The notes: generated from the sequence alone by a model not told the origin. DNA of 64,000 bases from Calditrichales bacterium (GCA_965267575.1 OZ254086.1:608001-672000), one strand, 5' to 3'. Positions 23,524-36,492 are shown, numbered from the stretch's first letter. Numbers and translations are program-made.

Positions 23524-26500
23524 TTATTCGCTTTTTTCGGCTTCTTCTTTTTCCGTAAGCGCTTCGTCTGTTTCGTTGTCAAGTACTTCTGTTTCGCTCT
23601 CGTCAACCTCTACCTCCATCCGCATGTAGTCATAGCGGGTTAAGCCGGTTCCGGCAGGTATCAGGTGACCCATGATTACGTTTTCTTTCAAGCCAACCAG
23701 CTCGTCTTCTTTTCCGGCTGCAGCGGCGTCGGTAAGTACTTGTGTTGTCTCCTGGAACGATGCCGCAGAGATAAAGCTCTTGGTCGTAAGAGCAGCCTGC
23801 GTGATACCCAGCAGCAACGGTACAAAACTCGCCGGCTTGGCCGGACGATATTTGGCCGCTTCTTTCTTGTTTTTCTTGAGATCGCGGTTAATCGCGTCTA
23901 CGGATTTCTTATCCGAAATCTGTCCTTCACGGAACAACGAATCGCCCGGATCCTCAATAACGATCTTGTTGGCGATACGGTTATTCTCTTCAAAGAAATC
24001 ACCGCGGTAAACCTGATCGCCATCCAGGAAGCGCGTGTCTCCGGATTCACGGACGCGGACTTTCTGCAGCATCTGGCGTACAATGATTCCAATGTGCTTA
24101 TCATTGATCTTCACACCCTGCAGACGGTAGACTTCCTGTATTTCGTTCACCAGGTACTCCTGAACTTTACCCGGTCCTTTGATGGACAGGATATCATCCG
24201 GGGAGATGGCGCCGTCGGTCAAACGCTCGCCCGCTTCAACGAAATCGTTTTCGTGAACCAGAATATGCGTACCGTGCGGAACGGAATAGCTCTTCTTTTC
24301 CAGCTCGGATTCGACGATCAGCTCGCGGACACCTCGCTTGATTGAACCGAATTTCACGTAGCCGTCTATTTCGCTAACGATGGCACGCTGCTTGGGCTGA
24401 CGCGCTTCAAAAAGCTCCGCCACCCGCGGCAAACCACCGGTGATGTCACGTGTTTTACCGATCTCACGCGGAATCTTGACGAGGATTTCACCGCCAAAAA
24501 CTTCCTGGTTATGTGCAACCTGCAGAAACGCTTTTACCGGTATAATGAATTGGGCAATTTTTTCGCCCTTGTCATTAATAATGTGGATCTGCGGGTTGAG
24601 GTTTTTATTCTTGGACTCGATGACAACGCGTTGCTTCCGCCCGGTCTGCTCATCCAGCTCCTCGCGGTAGGTATGGTTTTCAATAAGATCTTTAAATTCA
24701 ACCACACCGGCCTTGTCGGCCACAATAACCGAAGAGTAGGGGTCCCAGTCGAAAAGCACGTCGGCTTTTTCCACATCCTGGCCATCTTCCGTGCGCATAA
24801 TGGCGCCGTAAGGCACATTGTAGGTGGCAATAGCGCGATTGTCTTCATCAAGAATCTCAATTTTGCCGTTTCTTCCAACAGCGATAACCTCACCGGCCTT
24901 GTTGGCTACGGTTTTCATATTCTGAAAACGCACCTTACCACTGGCCTTGGTTATCACGTTCGATTCCGCGGCCACACGGGCTGCCGTACCACCAATGTGG
25001 AACGTACGCAAAGTAAGCTGAGTACCGGGCTCGCCGATACTTTGGGCGGCCATTACGCCAACCGCTTCACCCACTTCGACCACCTGGCCCGAAGCAAGAT
25101 TGCGTCCATAGCACATGGCGCAAATACCCTGCTTGGTTTCACAGGTAAGCTCCGTACGTACACGCACGGTGTTAAGCAGAGAGCCGTGTATAATCTGGGC
25201 GATACGCTCATCAATCACTTCGTTACGCTTGCAGATCACTTCATCCGTTTCCGGATCGATAATATCTACAGCGGCCACGCGGCCCAGAACACGCTCGGCC
25301 AAAGGTTCGATCACCTCTTCGCCTTCTTTCAGGTCAAAGATATCTTGCCCAAGAATCGTACCGCAGTCATGTTCCGTTACGATCACATCCTGGGCAACAT
25401 CAACCAGGCGGCGGGTAAGGTAACCGGCGTCGGCTGTTTTAAGCGCCGTATCCGCAAGACCCTTACGGGCGCCGTGCGTGGAAATAAAGTATTCGATCAC
25501 CGACAGACCTTCGATAAAGTTGGCCGTAATCGGGTTCTCGATGATTTCCCCGGTTTGTCCGGTAAGTGATTTTTGCGGCTTGGCCATAAGACCCCGCATA
25601 CCAGCCAGCTGACGAATCTGCTCCTTGCTGCCCCGCGCGCCGGAATCAGACATCATGTAGAGAGGATTGAATCCGTGACGCTCCGTGCGCAGTTTCTGGA
25701 ACATGGTCTCGGCAACGATCGATGTGGTACGCGTCCAGACGTCGATGATTTTGTTGTAGCGCTCGCCGTCCGTAATAAAGCCCATTTCGTATTGTTGGAT
25801 AATCTCTTCCACTTCTTCCTGGGCCTCACGCACAAATTCATGTTTTTCATCGGGAATGATAACATCCACCAGACCGATGGACGAACCGGAACGCATGGCG
25901 TATTCGAAGCCAAGGTTTTTAAGGTCATCCAGGAAAATGGCCGTAGCTTTGTTACCGCAAACCCGGTATGTCTCGGAGATGATATTAGTCAGACTGCGCT
26001 TGGAGAGCAGCTCGTTGATAAAGCCCAATTCATCCGGAACAATTTTGTTAAAAACAACCCGTCCGGTGGTCGTTTCCAGCATTTTGCCTTCAATGCGCAC
26101 TTTTATTTTGGAGTGAAGGCCAACTTTACCGGCGTCAAATGCAACGATCACCTCTTTGGTGTCGGAGAAGGTCATGCCTTCGCCAATACCACCGGGTCTC
26201 ATTTTTGTCAGATAGTAGCATCCCAGCACGATGTCCTGGCTCGGAACGGTAATTGGTTTACCATTGGCCGGAGACAGAATGTTGTGGCTGGAAAGCATAA
26301 GCATCTTGGTTTCAACCTGCGCTTCGTAGGAGAGCGGAATATGCACAGCCATCTGGTCACCGTCGAAGTCGGCGTTAAAAGCCGCGCAAACGAGCGGATG
26401 GATGCGAATAGCTTTTCCTTCAATCAGCACGGGCTGAAAGGCCTGAATACCAAGCCTGTGCAGCGTAGGTGCGCGGTTCAGCAATACCGGATGATCTTCG

Positions 26501-27777
26501 ATGATCTCTTCCAGGATATCCCAAACCTCCGGTCCGCGTCTTTCAACCAGTTTCTTGGCGCTTTTTACTGTTTTGACGTAACGGCGCTCCACCAATTTTC
26601 GGATGATGAACGGTTTGAACAGTTCAATCGCCATATCTTTTGGCAGACCGCATTCGTGCAGGTTAAGCTCCGGTCCAACAACAATAACCGAACGGCCGGA
26701 GTAGTCAACACGCTTCCCAAGCAGGTTTTGGCGGAAACGCCCCTGCTTGCCTTTCAGCATATCGGACAGGGATTTCAACGGCCTGTCACCATCGGAACGC
26801 ATGGCCGCGGCGCGCTTGGAGTTATCAAACAGCGAGTCAACCGATTCCTGCAGCATACGCTTTTCGTTACGCAGAATCACTTCCGGAGCTTTGATTTCCA
26901 GAAGCTTTTTCAGACGATTGTTACGAATAATAACACGGCGGTACAGGTCGTTAAGGTCGCTTGTGGCGAAACGCCCGCCTTCCAGAGGCACCAACGGACG
27001 CAACTCCGGCGGAATAACCGGGATAACATCCAGGATCATCCATTCGGGACGGTTGCGGTATTCCGTATTCTTTTCCTTCACACGGAAAGCTTCTACCACC
27101 TTAAGCCGCTTGAGGGCTTCCATACGTTTCTGCTCGGACGTTTCCGTCTTCACCGCTTTGCGCAGCTGGATAGCCATGTCTTCAATATCAAGCATACGCA
27201 ACAGGTGATGAATACCTTCACCACCAATTTTTGCGATGAATTTTTCCGGATTGTCGTCAGCCAGCTCGTCGTTGGCTTCACCGTGGGCATCAAGCTGATT
27301 GAAGTATTCCTCTTCGTTGATCAGCTCCTTGAACTTAAGGTCGCTTTTGCCCGGGTTAACAACCACATAGCTTTCATAATAGATGATGCGTTCCAGATCC
27401 TTTGGCGAAATATCCAGAAGATAGCCGATCTTGGAAGGCAGCGATCTGAAAAACCAGATGTGTACGACAGGAACTGCCAGGGAAATATGCCCCATACGTT
27501 CACGGCGGACGGCCTTTTGCGTTACCTCCACACCGCAGCGGTCACAAATAATTCCCTTGTAGCGAATACGCTTGTATTTGCCACAATGGCATTCCCAGTC
27601 CTTAACGGGACCAAATATTTTTTCACAGAAAAGACCATCTTTTTCCGGCTTGAACGACCGGTAATTGATCGTTTCCGGCTTGGTCACTTCGCCAAAGGAT
27701 TGCTCCAGAATATCGTTAGGCGAAGAAAGACCAATGATAATCTTACTGAATTTGTTGGGGCTTCTTTTTATTTGCAA
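23524..27777 (-). CDS. rpoC: RNA polymerase beta' subunit
   Basis: Catalytic [12 protein letters not shown]; Zn-finger CHCGK..CDRCG. Confidence 0.99.
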   Translation of the reverse strand: MQIKRSPNKFSKIIIGLSSPNDILEQSFGEVTKPETINYRSFKPEKDGLFCEKIFGPVKDWECHCGKYKRIRYKGIICDRCGVEVTQKAVRRERMGHISLAVPVVHIWFFRSLPSKIGYLLDISPKDLERIIYYESYVVVNPGKSDLKFKELINEEEYFNQLDAHGEANDELADDNPEKFIAKIGGEGIHHLLRMLDIEDMAIQLRKAVKTETSEQKRMEALKRLKVVEAFRVKEKNTEYRNRPEWMILDVIPVIPPELRPLVPLEGGRFATSDLNDLYRRVIIRNNRLKKLLEIKAPEVILRNEKRMLQESVDSLFDNSKRAAAMRSDGDRPLKSLSDMLKGKQGRFRQNLLGKRVDYSGRSVIVVGPELNLHECGLPKDMAIELFKPFIIRKLVERRYVKTVKSAKKLVERRGPEVWDILEEIIEDHPVLLNRAPTLHRLGIQAFQPVLIEGKAIRIHPLVCAAFNADFDGDQMAVHIPLSYEAQVETKMLMLSSHNILSPANGKPITVPSQDIVLGCYYLTKMRPGGIGEGMTFSDTKEVIVAFDAGKVGLHSKIKVRIEGKMLETTTGRVVFNKIVPDELGFINELLSKRSLTNIISETYRVCGNKATAIFLDDLKNLGFEYAMRSGSSIGLVDVIIPDEKHEFVREAQEEVEEIIQQYEMGFITDGERYNKIIDVWTRTTSIVAETMFQKLRTERHGFNPLYMMSDSGARGSKEQIRQLAGMRGLMAKPQKSLTGQTGEIIENPITANFIEGLSVIEYFISTHGARKGLADTALKTADAGYLTRRLVDVAQDVIVTEHDCGTILGQDIFDLKEGEEVIEPLAERVLGRVAAVDIIDPETDEVICKRNEVIDERIAQIIHGSLLNTVRVRTELTCETKQGICAMCYGRNLASGQVVEVGEAVGVMAAQSIGEPGTQLTLRTFHIGGTAARVAAESNVITKASGKVRFQNMKTVANKAGEVIAVGRNGKIEILDEDNRAIATYNVPYGAIMRTEDGQDVEKADVLFDWDPYSSVIVADKAGVVEFKDLIENHTYREELDEQTGRKQRVVIESKNKNLNPQIHIINDKGEKIAQFIIPVKAFLQVAHNQEVFGGEILVKIPREIGKTRDITGGLPRVAELFEARQPKQRAIVSEIDGYVKFGSIKRGVRELIVESELEKKSYSVPHGTHILVHENDFVEAGERLTDGAISPDDILSIKGPGKVQEYLVNEIQEVYRLQGVKINDKHIGIIVRQMLQKVRVRESGDTRFLDGDQVYRGDFFEENNRIANKIVIEDPGDSLFREGQISDKKSVDAINRDLKKNKKEAAKYRPAKPASFVPLLLGITQAALTTKSFISAASFQETTQVLTDAAAAGKEDELVGLKENVIMGHLIPAGTGLTRYDYMRMEVEVDESETEVLDNETDEALTEKEEAEKSE

Positions 27778-27829
27778 AGCTCACGCTCCTTTATTGCAAT
27801 CGTTTAAGTGAGAAACCATCCGGATACAA

Positions 27830-30800
27830 CTATTCAAGGCGTACCTTCAGGCCCAGACCCTGAAGTTCGCGCACCAGAACGTTAAACGATTCCGGCGTGC
27901 CCGGGTCAGGCAGGTTTTCGCCTTTTACGATGGCTTCGTAGGTCTTGGACCGGCCCGTCACATCGTCGCTTTTCACCGTGAGGATTTCCTGCAACGTGTA
28001 GGCGGCGCCGTAGGCTTCCAATGCCCATACTTCCATCTCACCAAAACGCTGGCCACCAAACTGTGCTTTACCGCCCAGTGGCTGCTGAGTAATCAGTGAG
28101 TAAGGCCCGATGGACCTTGCGTGGATCTTATCATCCACAAGGTGGGACAACTTTAACATATATATAATGCCCACCGTTACTTCCTGGTCAAAGCGGTCTC
28201 CGGTGCGTCCGTCAAACAGGTGCACTTTGCCGCTTTCCGGAAGCTTGGCATCCTTAAGCTCATTGAGGAGATCATCCATCCGGGCGCCGTCGAAAACCGG
28301 CGTCGAGTATTTCTTGCCCAGCCTGAAACCGGCCCAGCCAAGGGTCGTCTCAAAAATCTGGCCAAGGTTCATACGCGAGGGCACACCGAGCGGGTTAAGC
28401 ACGATGTCTACCGGCGTTCCGTCGTCCAGAAAGGGCATATCTTCCATCGGAACAACTTTGGATACCACACCTTTGTTGCCGTGACGTCCGGCCATTTTAT
28501 CACCAACAGCCAGTTTACGTTTTTCGGCGATGTATACTTTAGCCAGCTGCACGATGCCCGGAGGCAGTTCGTCACCAACCAGTATCTTATGCTTTTCTCG
28601 CTTCAGATCATTTTCGATATCGAGCATAACCTGGCGATAATCGGCATAAAGCTGCCGTACAAAGGTGTTTTTTGGATCGTCTTTAAACCACGTGGAATTG
28701 ATATCCAGATTCTGGACATCCACCGCGGCAAACGTATCCTCTTTTATTTTCGTTCCCGCTTTGATGGCTGCTTTGCCATCTACGGTTTTAATCGCTTCGG
28801 AACTCATACCTTTGAAATGCTCGGAGAGATTGACAGCCAGGTTTTTCACAACCGACTTGCGCTTCTTCTCTGCTTCCATATCCAGCTTTTCAACGAGTTC
28901 CTTGTCTTCTTTTTTCGTGGTCGGATCTTTTTTCTTACGCGAGAACAACCGCGTCGCCACAACCACACCCTTCATTCCGGGAGGGGCTTTCAGCGAGGCG
29001 TCTTTTACATCACCCGCCTTGGATCCGAAAATAGCCTTGAGAAGTTTCTCTTCCGGCGTCGGATCGGTTTCGCCCTTTGGCGTCACTTTACCGATAATAA
29101 TATCGCCGGCATTAACTTCCGCACCTACACGAATAATTCCGTTTTCATCAAGGTTCTTTGTTGCTTCTTCGCTGACGTTGGGGATTTCCCGGGTCAGCTC
29201 TTCTTCACCGCGCTTGGTATCGCGAACCTGCAGCTCAAATTCTTCGATGTGTATCGACGTATAAACGTCATCACGCACAACGCGCTCACTTACAATGATC
29301 GCGTCTTCGAAGTTGTACCCGTGCCAGGGCATAAAAGCTACAAGCACGTTATTGCCCAGCGCCAGCTCGCCATTGTCCGTGGCGCAGCCGTCTGCAAGGA
29401 TAGCGCCTTTTTTAACCTTCTGACCCTTGGTTACCAGGGGACGCTGGTTAATACAGGTATCCTGATTGGTGCGCTGGAATTTCTGCAGCTCATAGACGAT
29501 TTGCGTGTTTTCATCCAGCAGACGCTCTTTTCCGGCGCTGGCTTTGATGGGATTATCCAGCGTCAGGATGATTTTGTTGGCATCCACATAGGAGATGGTG
29601 CCGTCAAATTCGGCAAGGATCAGTGTTCCGGAGTCCAGGGCAACGCGCTCTTCCATGCCGGTTCCCACAATCGGGGAATCCGGAATCAACAGCGGCACAG
29701 CCTGGCGCTGCATGTTAGATCCCATCAACGCGCGGTTTGCATCATCGTGCTCCAGGAAGGGAATCAGCGAAGCGGCCGGAGAAACGATCTGGTTCGTGGC
29801 CACATCCATATAATCCACTTCTTCAGGCCCGACAACCGGGAAATCTCCCTTAAAGCGCGCCTTAACGCGGTCATTAACGAATTTACCTTTTTTGTCCAGC
29901 GGTGCGTTAACCTGGGCGATCGTGTAATCGTCTTCTTCCGTAGCGGAAAGGTAGACGATCTCATCCGAGGCCACGCCATCTTTTACTTTGCGGTAAGGCG
30001 TTTCAATAAAACCGAAACGGTTGATCGTTCCATGCACACACATGGAGGAAATCAGACCGATGTTCGGACCTTCCGGTGTTTCAATCGGACAAAGACGGCC
30101 ATAATGTGTGTAATGCACGTCGCGCACCTCAAAGCCGGCACGTTCACGCGTTAAACCGCCCGGACCAAGGGCCGAGAGACGGCGTTTGTGCGTTAGCTCC
30201 GCAAGCGGATTTGTTTGATCCATAAACTGCGAAAGCTGGGACGTACCGAAAAAGGTGTTAATCACGGAGGAAATGGTACGCGCATTTACGAGGTCCTGTG
30301 GCGTCAGCTTGTCGGAATCACCGATATTCATGCGCTCTTTGATCGTACGCGCCATCCGCGAAAGACCGAGACTGAATTGCGCCGCAAGCTGTTCGCCCAC
30401 TGTCCGCACGCGGCGGTTACCAAGGTGGTCAATATCATCCGTCGTCTTGGTGCCGTTGCGCAGTTCCAGCAGGTAATTAATGATCGCCGTAATGTCATCG
30501 CGCGTAAGCACCGTGGTATCGTAGGGGATGTCCAGGTGCAGTTTTTTATTGATCCTGTAACGGCCAACAGCGCCCATGTCATAGCGCTTTTCATTAAAAA
30601 ACATCCGTTCGATCAATGCCCGTGCCGTATCAATATCTGGTGGCTCGCCCGAGCGCAACTGCCTGTAAATGGCCTCTATCGATTCAACATCGTTATTGGT
30701 CGGATCCTTACGCAGCGTATTCAGAACAACATTCGGTGCGTTGGCGTCACCCGGCGGAACGATGCGGATTTTCTTGATGCCCAGCTCGATACACTGGTTG

Positions 30801-31606
30801 AACAATTCTTCCGTTACATCTTTGCCCTGCTCGGCGATCACCTCACCGGTCTGCGTATCTACAATATCCGAAGCAAGCATCTGGCCGATAAGGGACGGCA
30901 TGTTTTTCGGCTTGATCTCAACGTCTTTGCCAATGCCGAACAGATCGATAATCTCTTCATTGGAGGAAAAACCGATAGCCCTTAACAACATGGTTACCGG
31001 AAATTTCTTCTTGCGGTCTATGTACACGAACATCACGTCGTTCACATCGGTGGTAAACTCCACCCAGGAACCGCGGAAAGGTATAATCCGCGCCGAGAAA
31101 AGCTGCGTGCCGTTGGGGTGCAGCGATTCGGAGAAAAATACCCCCGGCGAACGATGCAGCTGCGATACGATAACGCGTTCGGCACCATTGATAATAAATG
31201 TACCCCGGCTGGTCATATAGGGCATATTGCCGAGGTAAACATCCTGTTCGATAAACTCCGTAAAGTTATCTGTTTCGCCCGTAGAGTCTTTGATAGCCAG
31301 ACGCATCTTAGCCTTAATTGGCACGGCATAACTTACACCGCGCTCCTGGCACTCGCGTACGCTGTATTTTGGCTTATCAATAAAATACTCTACAAACTGT
31401 AACTCAAAATTCCCGGCACTGTCCGTGATGGGAAAAATGGTATTGAAAACAGCTTGTAAACCCTCACTCTTTCTTTTGTCGCCTTCCTCACGCGCCTGGA
31501 TGAAGCTCTCAAAAGAGCGCGTCTGCATCTCAAGCAGGCTTGGATACTCCTTGGCCGGGGGAATGCGCATAAAAGAGTGTCTTTGGGTAAGTGCTTTGCT
31601 TTTCAA
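27830..31606 (-). CDS. rpoB: RNA polymerase beta subunit
   Basis: [36 protein letters not shown]. Confidence 0.99.
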   Translation of the reverse strand: MKSKALTQRHSFMRIPPAKEYPSLLEMQTRSFESFIQAREEGDKRKSEGLQAVFNTIFPITDSAGNFELQFVEYFIDKPKYSVRECQERGVSYAVPIKAKMRLAIKDSTGETDNFTEFIEQDVYLGNMPYMTSRGTFIINGAERVIVSQLHRSPGVFFSESLHPNGTQLFSARIIPFRGSWVEFTTDVNDVMFVYIDRKKKFPVTMLLRAIGFSSNEEIIDLFGIGKDVEIKPKNMPSLIGQMLASDIVDTQTGEVIAEQGKDVTEELFNQCIELGIKKIRIVPPGDANAPNVVLNTLRKDPTNNDVESIEAIYRQLRSGEPPDIDTARALIERMFFNEKRYDMGAVGRYRINKKLHLDIPYDTTVLTRDDITAIINYLLELRNGTKTTDDIDHLGNRRVRTVGEQLAAQFSLGLSRMARTIKERMNIGDSDKLTPQDLVNARTISSVINTFFGTSQLSQFMDQTNPLAELTHKRRLSALGPGGLTRERAGFEVRDVHYTHYGRLCPIETPEGPNIGLISSMCVHGTINRFGFIETPYRKVKDGVASDEIVYLSATEEDDYTIAQVNAPLDKKGKFVNDRVKARFKGDFPVVGPEEVDYMDVATNQIVSPAASLIPFLEHDDANRALMGSNMQRQAVPLLIPDSPIVGTGMEERVALDSGTLILAEFDGTISYVDANKIILTLDNPIKASAGKERLLDENTQIVYELQKFQRTNQDTCINQRPLVTKGQKVKKGAILADGCATDNGELALGNNVLVAFMPWHGYNFEDAIIVSERVVRDDVYTSIHIEEFELQVRDTKRGEEELTREIPNVSEEATKNLDENGIIRVGAEVNAGDIIIGKVTPKGETDPTPEEKLLKAIFGSKAGDVKDASLKAPPGMKGVVVATRLFSRKKKDPTTKKEDKELVEKLDMEAEKKRKSVVKNLAVNLSEHFKGMSSEAIKTVDGKAAIKAGTKIKEDTFAAVDVQNLDINSTWFKDDPKNTFVRQLYADYRQVMLDIENDLKREKHKILVGDELPPGIVQLAKVYIAEKRKLAVGDKMAGRHGNKGVVSKVVPMEDMPFLDDGTPVDIVLNPLGVPSRMNLGQIFETTLGWAGFRLGKKYSTPVFDGARMDDLLNELKDAKLPESGKVHLFDGRTGDRFDQEVTVGIIYMLKLSHLVDDKIHARSIGPYSLITQQPLGGKAQFGGQRFGEMEVWALEAYGAAYTLQEILTVKSDDVTGRSKTYEAIVKGENLPDPGTPESFNVLVRELQGLGLKVRLE

Positions 31607-31668
31607 AAAAATACCCCGTTTTTTGGTTAAACGTGTTGACTTGCGCTAAAAAGCGCAGAAGCGCCGAA

Positions 31669-32058
31669 CTACTTGAGTTCTACGCTTCCGCCAACTTCTT
31701 CGAGCTGCTTCTTTATATCTTCAGCTTCTGCTTTGGCAACACCTTCTTTAACAGGTTTCGGTGCACCGTCAACCAGGTCTTTGGCTTCTTTCAGACCAAG
31801 GCCGGTAAGGGCGCGAACAACTTTGATAACCTGAATTTTCTTGTCGCCGGCAGCGGTAAGAACAACATCGAATTCATCTTTTTCTTCTGCTGCAGCAGCG
31901 GCGTCACCACCACCGGCAACAGGTCCGGCAGCCATCGCTACAGGAGCAGCAGCCGTAACACCAAATTTGTCTTCGATTTCCTTAATCAGCTCGGATATCT
32001 CCAGCATCGAGGCCCCTTCAAGGTAAGCCATAACGTCGCTTCTTTTTATCTCTGCCAT
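31669..32058 (-). CDS. rplL: 50S ribosomal protein L7/L12
   Basis: [20 protein letters not shown]. Confidence 0.98.
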   Translation of the reverse strand: MAEIKRSDVMAYLEGASMLEISELIKEIEDKFGVTAAAPVAMAAGPVAGGGDAAAAAEEKDEFDVVLTAAGDKKIQVIKVVRALTGLGLKEAKDLVDGAPKPVKEGVAKAEAEDIKKQLEEVGGSVELK

Positions 32059-32095
32059 TTTTATATTCCTCCAGTGTGAAATATGAGTTTTGGTT

Positions 32096-32611
32096 TTATG
32101 CTTTTGTTTCTTTCAGTGCGTTCAGAACGCCAATCATTTTTTGCATCGGTGCCTGCAGGGTTCCGGCAAGCTTGGTCATCGGGGATTGTAACATTCCCAC
32201 AAACTGACTAAGCAGCGCCTCCCGTGTAGGCAGCTTAGCTATCTTTTTGGCGTCTTCCGATTCAAACACTCTGCCCTCAAACAACACCGCTTTAAGCCTG
32301 AGGATTTCATCTTTTTTATTAAAATCTTCGAGAATTTTTGCAGGAGCCACCGGATCGTCATAACCTATAATAAAGGTATTAACACCCTTCAGATAGGGAT
32401 CCAGCTCCTCAACGCCGGCACCGTTCAGCGACCTGCGCGCCAGTCTGTTTTTGAGAACTTTGTATTCAACATTCTGCTCTCTGAACTTGCGGCGCACCTC
32501 ATTGACCGTCTCTACGTCAATTCCGCTGTAGTCGGCAATGAATACACTCTTGGCTTGTTTAAACTTTTCGGTGTATTCCTCAACAACCGCGATTTTTTCT
32601 GGAGTTGCCAT
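32096..32611 (-). CDS. rplJ: 50S ribosomal protein L10
   Basis: [21 protein letters not shown]; operon position. Confidence 0.95.
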   Translation of the reverse strand: MATPEKIAVVEEYTEKFKQAKSVFIADYSGIDVETVNEVRRKFREQNVEYKVLKNRLARRSLNGAGVEELDPYLKGVNTFIIGYDDPVAPAKILEDFNKKDEILRLKAVLFEGRVFESEDAKKIAKLPTREALLSQFVGMLQSPMTKLAGTLQAPMQKMIGVLNALKETKA

Positions 32612-32631
32612 TGTTACTTCCTGTCCTTTTT

Positions 32632-33330
32632 CTAGTTGCTGTAAACCGAGCTGTTTGTATCAAGATAGATGCCCGGTCCCATGGTGCTGGAAAGTGAAAT
32701 AGACTTCAGATAAGTCCCTTTGGCAGCAACCGGTTTAAGCTTAATAACCGTATTTACAAACGCTTTTATATTGTCAACGATTTTGCCCTCTTCAAAGGAC
32801 ACCTTGCCGATTCCCGTGTGGATAATACCCGTTTTGTCAACCCGGAAATCAATTTTACCGGCTTTGATTTCGCTGACGGCGGTTTCCACATCCGGGGTTA
32901 CCGTGCCGCTTTTCGGGTTGGGCATCAACCCGCGTGTACCGAGAATACGTCCCAGACGGCCCACCTGGCTCATTACGTCAGGCGTAGCCACGGCCACGTC
33001 AAATTCCAGCCAGCCGCCGTTTATCTTTTCAACGTACTCTTCCAGCCCGGCATGATCAGCACCGGCATCAAGCGCCTTTTGCACATTTTCACCCTTGGCG
33101 AAAACAAGTACTCTTATGGTCTTCCCTGTACCATGCGGCAGGGTGACCGTTCCTCTAACCATCTGGTCGGCGTGCCGCGGGTCTACGCCAAGGCGCATGG
33201 CGATTTCCACGGTTTCATCAAATTTCGCCGAAGCCGCTTCTTTAAGCAGCTTTACCGCATCTTCCGGCGCGTACCGTGTCGCCCGGTCAATTTTTGCGGC
33301 TCCATTTTGATATCTTTTACTGCGCTTCAT
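32632..33330 (-). CDS. rplA: 50S ribosomal protein L1
   Basis: Start set to [33 protein letters not shown]. Confidence 0.98.
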   Translation of the reverse strand: MKRSKRYQNGAAKIDRATRYAPEDAVKLLKEAASAKFDETVEIAMRLGVDPRHADQMVRGTVTLPHGTGKTIRVLVFAKGENVQKALDAGADHAGLEEYVEKINGGWLEFDVAVATPDVMSQVGRLGRILGTRGLMPNPKSGTVTPDVETAVSEIKAGKIDFRVDKTGIIHTGIGKVSFEEGKIVDNIKAFVNTVIKLKPVAAKGTYLKSISLSSTMGPGIYLDTNSSVYSN

Positions 33331-33346
33331 TTTCACCTCTACCATA

Positions 33347-33769
33347 TTATTCAACCACTATGCCCATGCTGCGAGCGGTACCCGCCACCATGCGCATGGC
33401 TGCTTCCACATCTGCTGCATTCAGGTCAGGCATCTTCATTTCAGCAATCTTGCGCACCTGGTCCTGCGTTACCCGGCCTACTTTTTCCGTATTAGGCGTA
33501 GATGAGCCTTTTTCCAGTCCCGATTCCTTTAATAACAACACCGCCGCCGGTGGCGTTTTGGTGATAAAAGAAAAAGACCGGTCCGCGTAAACGGTGATCT
33601 CAACGGGAATAACCAACCCCGCCTGATCCTGGGTTTTAGCGTTATAAGCTTTGCAAAACTCCATGATGTTTACACCGTGCTGACCCAAAGCCGGGCCAAC
33701 GGGCGGAGCAGGCTTGGCCTGTCCGGCAGGCAGCTGCAACTTGATTTTACCTATCTCTTTTTTTGCCAT
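33347..33769 (-). CDS. rplK: 50S ribosomal protein L11
   Basis: [28 protein letters not shown]. Confidence 0.98.
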   Translation of the reverse strand: MAKKEIGKIKLQLPAGQAKPAPPVGPALGQHGVNIMEFCKAYNAKTQDQAGLVIPVEITVYADRSFSFITKTPPAAVLLLKESGLEKGSSTPNTEKVGRVTQDQVRKIAEMKMPDLNAADVEAAMRMVAGTARSMGIVVE

Positions 33770-33794
33770 TTTGATTAAACCTCAGACACTGATT

Positions 33795-34340
33795 TTATTT
33801 TTCAAGCTCTATTTGCAAAAAGTCCAGTTCAACCGGTGTTGGCCGGCCAAAAATACTGATATTTACCTTTACCTTATTTTTCTCTTCGTTGATCTCTTCA
33901 ACGAATCCGGTAAAGTCATTGAACGGCCCGTCAACAACGCGTATAGCATCACCAACACTGAAAGGCACATCAACCTTACCGCGAATCTCTTTTTCGTGGC
34001 TTTTTTCAATTTTGCCCAGCACATCACGGATTTCGCTCTGACGCAACGGTACAGGCTCGTTTTTCGGCCCCACAAAACTAATCACCCCGGGCGAATTGGA
34101 AATCACATGCTGCGTCTGGTTGTCCAGCACCATCTCGATGAGCATATAGCCCGGGAAGAAAACCTTGTTTTTAACCCGCTTTTTCCCGTCCTTCATCTCA
34201 ATGATGTTTTCGGAAGGGATAATAATATTGCCCACTTTATCTTCAATTTGCTGAAGCTCTATTTCATGCTCGATATGCGCCTTTACCTTTTGTTCCTTGC
34301 CGGAATAAATGCGCAGAGCATACCACTTTTTGTCAGCCAC
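33795..34340 (-). CDS. nusG: Transcription termination/antitermination factor NusG
   Basis: FFPGYML, DGPFNDF, SIFGRPTPVELDF. Confidence 0.98.
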   Translation of the reverse strand: MADKKWYALRIYSGKEQKVKAHIEHEIELQQIEDKVGNIIIPSENIIEMKDGKKRVKNKVFFPGYMLIEMVLDNQTQHVISNSPGVISFVGPKNEPVPLRQSEIRDVLGKIEKSHEKEIRGKVDVPFSVGDAIRVVDGPFNDFTGFVEEINEEKNKVKVNISIFGRPTPVELDFLQIELEK

Positions 34341-34359
34341 TTTAAATAGCCTCTTTGTT

Positions 34360-34542
34360 TTAATAGAAGAGTTCTACCACTCGGGAGATGATTACATCAG
34401 ACAAGAAGATATAGATGGTGAAAATCAGACTCACTACCACAACTATTATCGATGAGTTCAACAACTCTTCCCGTGTCGGCCAGCTTACCTTGGCCATTTC
34501 CTTACGGACATTCTCTATGAACTCTTGCAGCTTTTTAATCAT
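34360..34542 (-). CDS. secE: Preprotein translocase subunit SecE
   Basis: Start set to MIKKLQ; EMAKVSWP motif plus one TM helix. Confidence 0.95.
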   Translation of the reverse strand: MIKKLQEFIENVRKEMAKVSWPTREELLNSSIIVVVVSLIFTIYIFLSDVIISRVVELFY

Positions 34543-34572
34543 CGCTTTGAATTCCTCAGCTTTAAAAGAAAG

Positions 34573-34646
34573 CAGGCCTGGAGGGACTCGAACCCCCAAC
34601 CCCCGGTTTTGGAGACCGGTGCTCTAGCCAATTGAGCTACAGGCCT
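34573..34646 (-). tRNA. tRNA-Trp (CCA)
   Basis: AGGCCTG acceptor stem, anticodon loop CTCCAAA, GGTTCGAGTCC T-arm; 3' CCA not encoded. Confidence 0.96.
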
Positions 34647-34649
34647 AGC

Positions 34650-34799
34650 TTATTTCGATTCCCTGTGAATGACATGCTCGTTACAACGCGGACAGAATTT
34701 TTTAATCTCAAAACGCCCCGATTGGGTCTTTTTGTTTTTGTACGTTTTGTAATTTCTGTTTTTGCACTTGCTGCATTCCAGGTAAATAATTACACGCAT
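34650..34799 (-). CDS. rpmG: 50S ribosomal protein L33 (Zn-binding form; absent from ORF track)
   Basis: My translation: [49 protein letters not shown]. Confidence 0.95.
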   Translation of the reverse strand: MRVIIYLECSKCKNRNYKTYKNKKTQSGRFEIKKFCPRCNEHVIHRESK

Positions 34800-34814
34800 G
34801 AGCGTGAGCTTTAC

Positions 34815-36005
34815 TTATTCAATAATTTCCGCAACAACACCGGCGCCAACGGTACGGCCGCCTTCACGGATGGCGAAGCGCAGCTCTTTCTCCATGGCGA
34901 TCTCTTTGATCAGCTCTACTTCTACCGAGATATTGTCGCCCGGCATAACCATCTCTACCCCGTCAGGCAGCTTGATGGAACCCGTCACGTCCGTCGTACG
35001 GAAGTAGAACTGCGGACGGTAACCGTCAAAGAACGGTGTGTGACGTCCACCTTCATCCTTGGTCAATACGTATACTTCACCCTTAAATTTGGTGTGCGGC
35101 GTAATTGAACCCGGCTTGGCCAATACCTGACCGCGCTCCAGGTCTTCCTTGTTTACACCACGCAGAAGAAGACCTACGTTGTCGCCTGCTTCACCGCGGT
35201 CCAGGAGCTTGCGGAACATCTCAACACCGGTAACAACCGTCTTGCGCTTGGCGCCAAGACCAACCAGCTCAACTTCTTCTCCAACCGCTACAACACCACG
35301 CTCGATACGGCCCGTGGCTACTGTACCACGACCGGTGATCGAAAAGACGTCTTCAACAGGCATCAGAAACGGCTTGTCTACGTCACGCTCGGGTGTCGGA
35401 ATGTAATCATCAACGGCATCCATCAGCTCCAGGATCGGCTTGATCGCCGTCTCGTCGTTGGGATCGTTCAACGCGTTAAGCGCGCTGCCCTTGACGATCG
35501 GAATGTCATCACCCGGAAATTCGTAGCTGCTCAAAAGCTCGCGGATCTCAAGCTCTACAAGCTCCAGCAGTTCCGGGTCATCAACCTGGTCTACTTTGTT
35601 CAGAAATACCACGATGTAAGGTACGTTTACCTGGCGCGCCAGAAGAATGTGCTCGCGCGTCTGCGGCATCGGGCCGTCGGCGGCGCTTACAACCAGTATC
35701 GCGCCGTCCATCTGCGCCGCACCGGTGATCATGTTCTTTACATAGTCGGCGTGCCCCGGACAGTCCACGTGCGCATAGTGACGCTTCTGCGTCGTGTATT
35801 CCACGTGCGCCGTGGCGATGGTTATACCGCGCTCGCGCTCTTCAGGAGCGTTGTCGATACTGTCAAAATCACGCTTTTCACTCAAACCCTGGTTGGCAAG
35901 CACCTGTGTGATCGCTGCCGTAAGGGTCGTCTTGCCATGGTCTACGTGACCAATTGTGCCTACGTTTACGTGGGGCTTACTTCTGTCAAATTTCTGTTTA
36001 GCCAT
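34815..36005 (-). CDS. tuf: Elongation factor Tu (tRNA-operon copy)
   Basis: Protein identical to the copy at 19271-20461. Confidence 0.99.
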   Translation of the reverse strand: MAKQKFDRSKPHVNVGTIGHVDHGKTTLTAAITQVLANQGLSEKRDFDSIDNAPEERERGITIATAHVEYTTQKRHYAHVDCPGHADYVKNMITGAAQMDGAILVVSAADGPMPQTREHILLARQVNVPYIVVFLNKVDQVDDPELLELVELEIRELLSSYEFPGDDIPIVKGSALNALNDPNDETAIKPILELMDAVDDYIPTPERDVDKPFLMPVEDVFSITGRGTVATGRIERGVVAVGEEVELVGLGAKRKTVVTGVEMFRKLLDRGEAGDNVGLLLRGVNKEDLERGQVLAKPGSITPHTKFKGEVYVLTKDEGGRHTPFFDGYRPQFYFRTTDVTGSIKLPDGVEMVMPGDNISVEVELIKEIAMEKELRFAIREGGRTVGAGVVAEIIE

Positions 36006-36066
36006 TGTCCAACACCCTCCAAATTGTGTGGCTACGTGGTTTATGAATTTGTATCACTTTACTGAG

Positions 36067-36139
36067 AGCCCACGACCAGGATTGAACTGGTGACCTCGTC
36101 CTTACCAAGGACGTGCTCTACCGACTGAGCTACGTGGGC
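36067..36139 (-). tRNA. tRNA-Thr (GGT)
   Basis: GCCCACG stem, anticodon loop TTGGTAA, T-arm AGTTCAATCCT. Confidence 0.96.
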
Positions 36140-36185
36140 CAACTTCAATGAAATAAAAGTGATTTTTAAAGATGAGGTTATGCAG

Positions 36186-36259
36186 AGCGGGAGACGGGAC
36201 TCGAACCCGCGACCAACAGCTTGGAAGGCTGTGACTCTAGCCAACTGAGTTACTCCCGC
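36186..36259 (-). tRNA. tRNA-Gly (TCC)
   Basis: GCGGGAG stem, anticodon loop CTTCCAA, T-arm GGTTCGAGTCC. Confidence 0.96.
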
Positions 36260-36326
36260 TGGTAAATTATTGCGGTGCAAGCATAACCGTATCTGACTTG
36301 TCACTTTTATTTTACAAGTTCACCAG

Positions 36327-36399
36327 AGCTGGTGAAGGGACTCGAACCCCCAACCGGCTGATTACAAATCAGCTGCTCTACCAATTGAGCTACACCAGC
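36327..36399 (-). tRNA. tRNA-Thr (TGT)
   Basis: GCTGGTG stem, anticodon loop TTTGTAA, T-arm GGTTCGAGTCC. Confidence 0.96.
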
Positions 36400-36422
36400 A
36401 CTCATAAAATGAAAAGTCGTAT

Positions 36423-36450
36423 AATTTACAAACTTTTTTCGATCTGTCAA
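36423..36450 (-). promoter_or_regulatory. Putative sigma70 promoter of the tRNA-tuf superoperon
   Basis: Minus strand TTGACA-16 nt-TAAATT, upstream of tRNA-Thr. Confidence 0.7.
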
Positions 36451-36492
36451 ATAAAAAGGCGAGAAAATTACATATATTTATCGAGTCCTTCA

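Noticed and set aside
25573-27807. 744-aa + strand ORF antisense to rpoC (similarly 28220-30154, 39273-40859, 53526-55175)
   Set aside because: Shadow ORFs on the opposite strand of conserved genes, explained by codon bias; no recognisable motifs
31642-31657. Small hairpin between rplL and rpoB
   Set aside because: 6-bp stem with no U-tract on the coding strand; not supportable as an attenuator
34543-34599. Extended secE N-terminus; also ORF 36059-36304
   Set aside because: Both overlap tRNA genes
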